A DNA stretch of 36,825 nucleotides from Bordetella sp. (GTDB lineage Bacteria; Pseudomonadota; Gammaproteobacteria; Burkholderiales; Burkholderiaceae_B): assembly GCA_035628955.1 (NCBI GenBank), contig DASPIV010000230.1, forward strand, positions 1 to 36,825. The letters run 5' to 3'. The translations under genes were made by a program, and so were the position numbers. The notes below the pieces were generated by a model, which was given only the letters and a program-made list of their open reading frames with translations, was not told the DNA's origin and searched no databases. Of this stretch, positions 29,613 through 36,825 are shown one piece after another. Positions within the stretch are counted from its first letter, which is position 1. Every line of letters starts with the position of its first letter.

Positions 29613-31388
29613 ATGGCCATCAAGAAAGACAAAGTCGACGCGGTGCTGGTGGGATTCGGCTGGACCGGCGCCATCATGGGGCAGGAACTGACCGATGCGG
29701 GTTTGCATGTACTGGCGCTGGAACGCGGCGCCATGCAGGACACCCCCAAAGACGCCCCGTACCCCAAAGTGCTGGATGAACTGGCCTACTCGGTGCGCGG
29801 CAAACTGTTCCAGGACCTGTCGAAAGAAACGGTCACCATTCGCCACGGCGTCAATGACGTGGCGGTGCCGTACCGCCAGAACGGCTCGTTCCTGCTGGGC
29901 ACTGGCGTGGGCGGCGCAGGCTTCCACTGGAACGGCATGCACTATCGCATCCTGCCCGAAGAGCTCGAGCTGCGCACGCGCTACGAAACCCGCTACGGCA
30001 AGGATTTCATACCCGAAGACATGACCATCCAGGACTTCGGCGTCACCTACGACGAGCTGGAACCCTGCTTCACCCAGTTCGAATACGTGTGCGGCACGTC
30101 GGGCAAGGCGGGCAACCTGAACGGCCAGATCGTCGAGGGCGGCAATCCGCACGAAGGCCATCGCAGCAAGGAATACCCGCTACCGCCGCTGGCCACCACG
30201 CTCAGCGCGCAATTGTTCGAGACGGCCGCCCGGGAAGCCGGCTTCAATCCCTTTCCTGCGCCGGCGTCCAATGCATCGGGTCCTTATACCAACCCCTACG
30301 GCGTGCGCCTGGGACCCTGTAATTTCTGCGGTTTCTGCGAGAACTATGGCTGCTACATGTATGCCAAGGCGTCGCCGCAAAGCACCATCCTGCCGGTGCT
30401 GTTGAAGAAACCCAACTTCGAACTGCGTACGCATTCGCACGTCATCAAGGTCAACCTGGACTCCACCGGCAAGAAGGCGGTGGGCGTCACCTACATCGAC
30501 GCGCAGGGCCGCGAGATCGACCAGCCCGCCGACCTGGTGGTCCTGTCGGCCTACCAGATGCACAACGTGCGCCTGCTGCTGCTTTCAGGTATCGGCCAGC
30601 CCTATGACCCCAAGACCAATGTAGGAGTCGTGGGCAAGAACTACGCGTACCAGATGAACGGCGCCATCAATGTGCTACTGCCCAAGGGCACGCAGCTCAA
30701 TCCCTTCATGGGCACGGGTGCGGGCGGGGTCAGCATGGACGACCTGAACGGCGACCAGTTCGATCATGGCCCGCTGGGCTTCGTGGGCGGCGCCAGTATC
30801 CGGCATGTGCGCACGGGCGGGCGTCCGATCAAGCAGGCGGCCACGCCGCCGGGCACGCCTACCTGGGGCACCGCCTGGAAAGGCGCGGTGCAGGACGCTT
30901 ACCAGCGCTACATGGCCATCGGCATGTCGGGTTCGGTGATGTCGTACCGCGACGCCTACCTGTCGCTGGATCCCACTTACAAGGACACCTACGGCCAGCC
31001 CTTGCTGCGCATGACCTTTGATTGGCACGACAACGAATTCAAGATGCTGGCCTACATGGGCGCACGCATGGAAGAAGTGGCCAAGGCCATGAAGCCCGAG
31101 AAGTACTTCGTGGGTGTGCGCAAGAAAGGCTCGCACTATGACACCCGCGTGTACCAGAGCACTCATAACACGGGGGGCGCCATCATGGGCTCGAACCCCA
31201 GGGAAAGCGTCGTCAACAAGTACCTGCAAAGCTGGGACGTACCCAATGTGTTCGTGATGGGCGCCTGCGTGTTTCCGCAGAACATGGGCTACAACCCCAC
31301 CGGGCTCGTGGGCGCGCTGGCTTATTGGTCGGCGCAGGCCATACGCGAGCAGTACCTGAAGAACCCCGGCCCCCTGGTCCAGGCTTGA
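29613..31388 (+). CDS. Gluconate 2-dehydrogenase flavoprotein subunit (GMC oxidoreductase)
   Basis: VDAVLVGFGWTG, VGGAG.HW, CNFCGFC, RLLLLSGIG, YQSTH.TGG..MG, YNPT. Confidence 0.92.
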   Translation: MAIKKDKVDAVLVGFGWTGAIMGQELTDAGLHVLALERGAMQDTPKDAPYPKVLDELAYSVRGKLFQDLSKETVTIRHGVNDVAVPYRQNGSFLLGTGVGGAGFHWNGMHYRILPEELELRTRYETRYGKDFIPEDMTIQDFGVTYDELEPCFTQFEYVCGTSGKAGNLNGQIVEGGNPHEGHRSKEYPLPPLATTLSAQLFETAAREAGFNPFPAPASNASGPYTNPYGVRLGPCNFCGFCENYGCYMYAKASPQSTILPVLLKKPNFELRTHSHVIKVNLDSTGKKAVGVTYIDAQGREIDQPADLVVLSAYQMHNVRLLLLSGIGQPYDPKTNVGVVGKNYAYQMNGAINVLLPKGTQLNPFMGTGAGGVSMDDLNGDQFDHGPLGFVGGASIRHVRTGGRPIKQAATPPGTPTWGTAWKGAVQDAYQRYMAIGMSGSVMSYRDAYLSLDPTYKDTYGQPLLRMTFDWHDNEFKMLAYMGARMEEVAKAMKPEKYFVGVRKKGSHYDTRVYQSTHNTGGAIMGSNPRESVVNKYLQSWDVPNVFVMGACVFPQNMGYNPTGLVGALAYWSAQAIREQYLKNPGPLVQA

Positions 31389-31401
31389 GGAGGCACGCAA
31401 G

Positions 31402-32715
31402 ATGATCAAGCACACCATCATCGCGGCCGGCCTGGTCTTGCTGGCAGGTCCGGCCTGGGCCGCGGAAGGCGCCACCGGACGGGCCGATGCCCAACTGATC
31501 GAGCGGGGCGCATACCTGTCGCGTGCCGGCGACTGTATCGCCTGCCACACTGCGCAGGGCGGCAAGCCGTTCGCGGGCGGCCTGGGGCTGGACTCGCCGC
31601 TGGGCATGATCTACTCCACCAACATCACGCCCGACAAGGATACCGGCATCGGCAGCTACACACTGGAAGACTTCGACCGGGCCGTGCGCCAAGGGGTCGC
31701 CAAGGACGGCCATTCGCTGTACCCGGCCATGCCGTATACGGCGTACGCCCGGATATCGCCGCAAGACATCGAAGCGCTGTACGCCTATTTCATGCATGGC
31801 GTGCAACCGGTAAGCCAGGCCAACAAGGGCACGGACATCATCTGGCCGCTTTCCATGCGCTGGCCGCTGGGCATCTGGCGCTGGATGTTCGCGCCCGACG
31901 CCGCCGGGGCCGCCCCGGCCAGCCAGGCCGCCGATCCAGGCCAGGCCGAGGTAATGCGCGGCAAGTACCTGGTGGAAGGACTGGGCCATTGCAGCACCTG
32001 CCACACGCCGCGCGGTTTCGCCTTGCAGGAAAAAGCGCTGACCGACGCCGACGGACCGGAATTCCTGTCCGGCGGCGTAGTGGAAGGCTGGCTGGCCAAG
32101 AACTTGCGCGGCGACACGACCGACGGGCTGGGCAGTTGGTCCAAAGCCGACATCGTGGCCTTCCTGAAAACCGGCGTCAACAATCATTCCGCCACGTTCG
32201 GCGGCATGTCGCAGGTAATCTCCGACAGCACCCAGCACCTGACCGATGCCGACCTGAACGCCATTGCGGCCTATCTGAAGACACTGTCACCGGTGAACAA
32301 GAATGCCACCCGGCCGCTGGCCTACGATGCCGCAGCGGCGCAGGCACTGCGTACCGGCAAAGACCAGGGCGAAGGCGCCATGACGTTCCTGAACAACTGC
32401 GCCGGCTGCCACCGCAGCACCGGCAAGGGTTATGCGCAGACGTTCCCGCAGCTGGCGCTGAGTTCGACGGTGAACTCGGCCGACCCGACCTCGCTGATCC
32501 ATATCGTGCTGAAAGGGGCGCAGTTGCCGGGCACGGCAGCCGCGCCCACGCAGTACGCGATGCCGGGTTTCGACTGGCGCCTGAACGACCAGGAAGTCGC
32601 CGCGGTAGTCAGCTTCGTGCGCAGCAGCTGGGGCAACCAGGCCTCGGCCGTCAGTGCAGCTGAAGTGGCCAGGGTGCGTGAAGATGTCGGTGCCGCGCCG
32701 CAACCGCAGCACTAG
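31402..32715 (+). CDS. Gluconate 2-dehydrogenase triheme cytochrome c subunit
   Basis: Signal peptide plus three CxxCH motifs (CIACH, CSTCH, CAGCH), YSTNITPD, YPAMPY. Confidence 0.93.
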   Translation: MIKHTIIAAGLVLLAGPAWAAEGATGRADAQLIERGAYLSRAGDCIACHTAQGGKPFAGGLGLDSPLGMIYSTNITPDKDTGIGSYTLEDFDRAVRQGVAKDGHSLYPAMPYTAYARISPQDIEALYAYFMHGVQPVSQANKGTDIIWPLSMRWPLGIWRWMFAPDAAGAAPASQAADPGQAEVMRGKYLVEGLGHCSTCHTPRGFALQEKALTDADGPEFLSGGVVEGWLAKNLRGDTTDGLGSWSKADIVAFLKTGVNNHSATFGGMSQVISDSTQHLTDADLNAIAAYLKTLSPVNKNATRPLAYDAAAAQALRTGKDQGEGAMTFLNNCAGCHRSTGKGYAQTFPQLALSSTVNSADPTSLIHIVLKGAQLPGTAAAPTQYAMPGFDWRLNDQEVAAVVSFVRSSWGNQASAVSAAEVARVREDVGAAPQPQH

Positions 32716-32741
32716 GCGCTGACCAGGCACGCAGCTTGCTC

Positions 32742-32769
32742 GGGCCCATGTCCGTACCGACATGGGCCC
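32742..32769. repeat. Perfect 11-bp inverted repeat GGGCCCATGTC-N6-GACATGGGCCC
   Basis: Direct reading; downstream of the cytochrome gene; no U-tract. Confidence 0.7.
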
Positions 32770-33907
32770 CGCCCGCCTTGCTACCTTGAAGACTTCCGCT
32801 GACCGCCGCCGAACTACGGCATTTTCCAGCGTTCTGAAGCAGCAGGCCGCCGCCTGCCGCGCAGCGCTGACACACGACGATATCCGGCTGCCGCTGCAGA
32901 CGGCGGCAGCCGTGCTGCTGGCTTACGCCTGTATGGCGTGGCTGAAACTGCCCGACATCGCCTGGGGAGCGTTCTCGGCCCTGTTCGTCGTGCGGGCCAG
33001 CGTGGAAGGCACGGTAGGCGAAGCCACGGGCCGCATACTGGGGGCCCTGATTGGCATGGGGCTCGGCGTATTGCTCGTGCTGCTATCGCAATCCGAAGAC
33101 ATACCGGCGGCATGGAGCATAGTGGGCGGCGTCGGCCTGGCCGCCTATATTTCGATACGCTGGCCGACACTGAGCTACAGCCTGGTCACCGTCACCATGC
33201 TGACAGTCGCGCCCGATGACGACATCGTTGGCGGCGCGCTGCAAAAGACCTTGGCCATCGTCATTGGTTCGGCGTCCGGCATTCTTGCCGCCGCCGCCGT
33301 CATGCCGCTTTCGGCACACCGCAATGTCTGCGTCAACCTGGCCGCATCGATCGAGGCCTATGGCGACCTGCTGGCCCAATGGGCCTCGGCGCTGGGCGAA
33401 AGCCGTACCCGGCCGCGCCTGCACAACCAGTCCGTCATGGAACAGGCCCGTCGCCGTGCGCGCGATATGGCGTTGCAGGTGCACACTTTTCCCGCCGATC
33501 TTCTGTATCGGCACACCCTGATTCATCGGCTGCACGAGCGTATAGATGGGCTGTGGCGCACCGCCACGCTGATGGAACGCGCGGGCAGCCTGCCGCTGTC
33601 GGAAAACGTTTGCCGGCGCCTGGGCCCCGCGCTGGAAAAGGTGGCCACGGCTACCCGGAAGCAGATCGAAGGCCTGGCTGAGGCGGTGCGGCAAGAAGGC
33701 CGCGGCACCGCCCCGCGCCAGGCCACCGCGCCACTGGAGCGCCTGAACGGCATCATCGAAGACGCCATGGAGCAACAGGCCCTGGATTCAAGGGAAAAAG
33801 AGGCTGTCGAGGTCATCCGCTGGGCTTGGCATGAAGTGGCGCAAGAGCTCGATGCGCTGGCCGAGCATCTGAACGACCACGGCCGGCCGACCCGCAAGCG
33901 CAAGTGA
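32762..33907 (+). CDS. FUSC / aromatic acid exporter family membrane protein (start uncertain)
   Basis: W..FSALFV, RILGALIG..LG, several hydrophobic helices in the N-terminal half and a helical soluble C-terminal half. Confidence 0.75.
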   Translation: MGPARLATLKTSADRRRTTAFSSVLKQQAAACRAALTHDDIRLPLQTAAAVLLAYACMAWLKLPDIAWGAFSALFVVRASVEGTVGEATGRILGALIGMGLGVLLVLLSQSEDIPAAWSIVGGVGLAAYISIRWPTLSYSLVTVTMLTVAPDDDIVGGALQKTLAIVIGSASGILAAAAVMPLSAHRNVCVNLAASIEAYGDLLAQWASALGESRTRPRLHNQSVMEQARRRARDMALQVHTFPADLLYRHTLIHRLHERIDGLWRTATLMERAGSLPLSENVCRRLGPALEKVATATRKQIEGLAEAVRQEGRGTAPRQATAPLERLNGIIEDAMEQQALDSREKEAVEVIRWAWHEVAQELDALAEHLNDHGRPTRKRK

Positions 33908-33927
33908 TATCCGGCGCCCCCGCCCTG

Positions 33928-35280
33928 CTATTGACCAGGCCCGCGGGCGAAATGTTCGCGCGTCAGCTTCACGACCACCGGCGACAGCATGACCAGGGCC
34001 ACCAGGTTGGGAATGGCCATCAGGCCATTCAAGGTGTCGGCCAGCAGCCAGGCAAAGTCCAACTGCGCAATGGCGCCGAACGGCACGGCCAGCACCCAGA
34101 TGACGCGAAACGGCAAGATGGCGCGCACGCCAACCAGGAATTCCCAGCACCGTTCGCTCAGGTAGCTCCAGCCCAGAATGGTGGTGAAGGCGAAGATCGC
34201 CAGCGCCACGGCAATGACATAGTTGCCAACGCCGGGCAATGCGGCCTCGAATGCCGCCGACGACAGCACCGCGCCGCTGTCGCCGCTGGTCCACAGGCCC
34301 GAGCACACAATGACCAGGCCGGTCATGGTGCAGATGATGATGGTGTCGATGAAAGTACCGATCATGCCGATCATGCCGGAACGGACCGGGCTGTTGCTGG
34401 TGCCGGCGGCCTGCACGATGCCGGCAGTGCCCAGCCCTGCTTCGTTCGAAAAAATGCCGCGCGCCACGCCGTAGCGCATGGCGGCCATGACGGCCGCGCC
34501 GGCAAAGCCGCCGGTGGCCGCCACTGGCGAGAAAGCGTGAGTGAACACCAACTGGAACGCAGCCGGGATGGCATCGGCCATGACTACCAATGCCGCCAAC
34601 GAAGCCACGATATAGGCCACGCACATGAAGGGCACCAGCGCCTCGGCCACCGCGCCGATGCGGCGGATACCGCCCAGCACCACCATGCCGATCAATACCA
34701 TCGTGATCACGCCGGTGACCCAGTCGGGCACGCCGAAAGATGCCTGCAGGGCGTCGGACATGCTGTTGACCTGGACCATGTTGCCGATGCCGAAGCCGGC
34801 CAGGCCGCCGAACAGGGCGAACAGCATGCCCAGCCACGCCCACTTCGGCCCCAGGCCATTGCGGATGGCGTACATCGGCCCGCCCGTGAATTCGCCGCGC
34901 GGATCTTTTTCGCGGTAATGCACCGCCAGAAGGACCTCGCTGTACTTGGTGGCCATGCCGACCAGGGCGGTCACCCACATCCAGAACAACGCGCCGGGGC
35001 CGCCCAGGAAGATGGCAGTGGCCACGCCCGCGATGTTGCCCGTGCCCACCGTGGCGGCCAGGCTGGTCATCAGCGCCTGGAAAGGGCTGATTTCACCGGT
35101 ATCGTCATCCCGCTTGGTGCGGCTGCGCCAGGCCAGCCGAAATCCGGCCGCGATCTTGGTCAGGGGCATGAAACCCAGGCGCAGCATCAGATACAGCCCG
35201 GTACCCAGGATCAGCACCAGCATCGGCGGCCCCCATACCAGGCTGTTGACGCTGTTCACGACTGTATCCAGGAATTGCAT
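33928..35280 (-). CDS. Alanine/glycine:cation symporter (AGCS, AlsT family)
   Basis: ISPFQAL..SLAATVGTGNIAGVATAI..GGPGALFWMW, GGPMY, RGIFSNEAGLG, LMAIPNL. Start at ATG 35280 with AGGAG RBS. Confidence 0.95.
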   Translation of the reverse strand: MQFLDTVVNSVNSLVWGPPMLVLILGTGLYLMLRLGFMPLTKIAAGFRLAWRSRTKRDDDTGEISPFQALMTSLAATVGTGNIAGVATAIFLGGPGALFWMWVTALVGMATKYSEVLLAVHYREKDPRGEFTGGPMYAIRNGLGPKWAWLGMLFALFGGLAGFGIGNMVQVNSMSDALQASFGVPDWVTGVITMVLIGMVVLGGIRRIGAVAEALVPFMCVAYIVASLAALVVMADAIPAAFQLVFTHAFSPVAATGGFAGAAVMAAMRYGVARGIFSNEAGLGTAGIVQAAGTSNSPVRSGMIGMIGTFIDTIIICTMTGLVIVCSGLWTSGDSGAVLSSAAFEAALPGVGNYVIAVALAIFAFTTILGWSYLSERCWEFLVGVRAILPFRVIWVLAVPFGAIAQLDFAWLLADTLNGLMAIPNLVALVMLSPVVVKLTREHFARGPGQ

Positions 35281-35498
35281 GGGTGGTCTCCTGTTGGATG
35301 GCTGGGCATTCGGGCGATCTCGCCCGCCCGAACTGCGCGGTCGTGACATCGTACAGGACAGCACCGCCGGCGCACATATTGCTGAATGCCGGCCCGGCGC
35401 CCCCTTTGCACCGTCCCACCGAAGTCAGGTGATAATCGGTGCATCCACCCGCAACGGCATGACTGTCATCGGAAATGCCACCTACGGAGCCACCGCAC

Positions 35499-36437
35499 AT
35501 GCCACTGACTAGCAATGCGAAAGGGGTCTACCCCATCGCCCCCACGCCCTTTTTCGACGACGGCAGCATCGACACCGAATCCATCGGGCGCATGATGGAT
35601 TTCTATGTCGAATGCGGCTCTACCGGTGTCACCGTGCTGGGCCAGCTTGGCGAAGCCCAGAAGCTGGAACATGCCGAATCGCTGGCCGTCGCCAGCCTGG
35701 TCATAGGGCGGGCCCGGCAATTACCCGTCATCGTGGGCGTCTCGGCGCCCGGCTTCGCCGCCATGCGGGCGCTGACGCGCGACGTCATGGACCGCGGCGC
35801 CGCCGGCGTGATGATCGCGCCGCCCAACACACTGCGCACCGATGACCAGATCGTCAACTATTACCGGCAGGCTGTCGAGGCCATCGGCCCCGACGTGCCT
35901 TTCGTGCTGCAAGATTATCCGCTGACGTTCTCGGTGCAGATGAGCCCGGGCGTCATCAAGCGCATCGTCGACGACCTGCCTTCGTGCGTGATGCTCAAGC
36001 ATGAAGACTGGCCGGGGCTGGAAAAAATCTCCACGCTGCGCAAGTTCGAGCAAGAAGGCAAGATGCGCCATATCTCGATATTGTGCGGCAACAATGGGCT
36101 GTTCCTGGACTACGAAATGGAGCGCGGCGCCGACGGCGCCAATACGGGCTATTGCTTCCCCGACATGCTGTGCGATGTGGTGCGCCTGAATGCGCAAGGC
36201 CAGCGCGAAGAAGCTCACGACCTGTTCGATGCCCATTTGCCCCTGCTGCGCTACGAGCAGCAGCCCGGCGCGGGCCTGGCCGTGCGCAAGTACATACTGA
36301 TGCGGCGCGGCATCCTGACATCGGCCGCGCAACGAAAGCCGGCCAGCCCCATGTCGCCTGTGGCCCGCCAGGAAGTCGACCACCTGCTGGCCCGCCTGGC
36401 CCGCAAAGACCCACGCGCCGGCCAACTGGTGAACTAG
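35499..36437 (+). CDS. DapA/N-acetylneuraminate lyase-family class I aldolase or dehydratase (not a true DapA)
   Basis: GVYPIAPTPF..DG.ID, LGQLGEA, QDYP, Schiff-base Lys in MLKHED. GGAG RBS. Confidence 0.88.
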   Translation: MPLTSNAKGVYPIAPTPFFDDGSIDTESIGRMMDFYVECGSTGVTVLGQLGEAQKLEHAESLAVASLVIGRARQLPVIVGVSAPGFAAMRALTRDVMDRGAAGVMIAPPNTLRTDDQIVNYYRQAVEAIGPDVPFVLQDYPLTFSVQMSPGVIKRIVDDLPSCVMLKHEDWPGLEKISTLRKFEQEGKMRHISILCGNNGLFLDYEMERGADGANTGYCFPDMLCDVVRLNAQGQREEAHDLFDAHLPLLRYEQQPGAGLAVRKYILMRRGILTSAAQRKPASPMSPVARQEVDHLLARLARKDPRAGQLVN

Positions 36438-36446
36438 CGCCCTGGC

Positions 36447-36476
36447 GGTGTCAGGCACCCTGCGGAGCCAGACACC
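36447..36476. repeat. REP-like imperfect palindrome GGTGTCAGGCACC-CTGC-GGAGCCAGACACC
   Basis: 13-bp stem with two A-A mismatches, between convergent genes. Confidence 0.6.
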
Positions 36477-36551
36477 TGGCAATACCCGGCACAAGAACAA
36501 GTTTGCGCCTTAAGGTAGCGCCATGGGTGCCCGAGCCAGCCACCACCAGAA

Positions 36552-36825
36552 TTATTGCTTCTTGCTGGCTTCGTAGCGGGCCTTGTTCTCGGTGTTGGGC
36601 GGGTACAGGCCGGGCAGGCTCGCGCCGCCCTGCACTTCGTCCATGATCCAGCCTTCCAGACGCTCTTGCTCGACCGCCAGGCCGACCACGTCGGCCAGCA
36701 GCGCGGCCGGAATCACCACGGCACCGTCCTGATCGGACACGATGATGTCATCCGGAAATACCGCCACGCCGCCACAGCCGATGGGCTGCTGCCAATCCAC
36801 GAACGTCAGGCCAGCCACCGATGGC
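36552..36825 (-). CDS. RraA / HMG-CHA aldolase family protein, 3' part only
   Basis: QQPIGCGGVAVFPDDIIVSDQDGAVVIP signature, ending LPGLYPP; the frame is open to the window edge. Confidence 0.85.
   Translation of the reverse strand, partial: PSVAGLTFVDWQQPIGCGGVAVFPDDIIVSDQDGAVVIPAALLADVVGLAVEQERLEGWIMDEVQGGASLPGLYPPNTENKARYEASKKQ

Noticed and set aside
35281-35498. Glycine riboswitch upstream of the alanine/glycine symporter
   Set aside because: I could not find the conserved aptamer elements (GGAGA...CCGAAG...CTCTCAGG) on the minus strand. An Infernal/Rfam scan would settle it.

Overview
High-GC bacterial chromosomal window, probably from an Alcaligenaceae-type betaproteobacterium (inferred from four Bug/TctC receptor genes). 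It is almost entirely catabolic genes, and I saw no mobile element, RNA gene or CRISPR array. It has five blocks. (1) 1-8214: a minus-strand operon (aldehyde dehydrogenase, ThDP enzyme, truncated CoA-transferase remnant, SDR, FAD_binding_2 flavoprotein, Liv-type ABC transporter) with a divergent TcuR/Nac-like LysR gene. (2) 8238-18711: two minus-strand operons flanking a LacI gene, each preceded by the same palindromic operator (acyl-CoA ligase, SDRs, citrate-synthase-fold lyase, cyclase-family hydrolase, quinone oxidoreductase, three Bug receptors). (3) 18773-28683, the most interesting block: a LysR gene divergent from a seven-gene operon encoding a hydantoinase-like amidohydrolase, an N-carbamoylase, a divergent urocanate hydratase homolog, a DUF917 protein, a GST, a Bug receptor and an MIO-less histidine-ammonia-lyase homolog with an export signal peptide. 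This matches the five-step ergothioneine/thiohistidine degradation logic, but with an apparently periplasmic first step, a Bug receptor and an extra GST. (4) 28892-33907: a three-subunit membrane gluconate 2-dehydrogenase and a FUSC-family membrane protein. (5) 33928-36825: an alanine/glycine symporter, a DapA-family aldolase, a REP-like hairpin and a partial RraA/HMG-aldolase-family gene. All calls come from reading motifs by eye; no database search was run.
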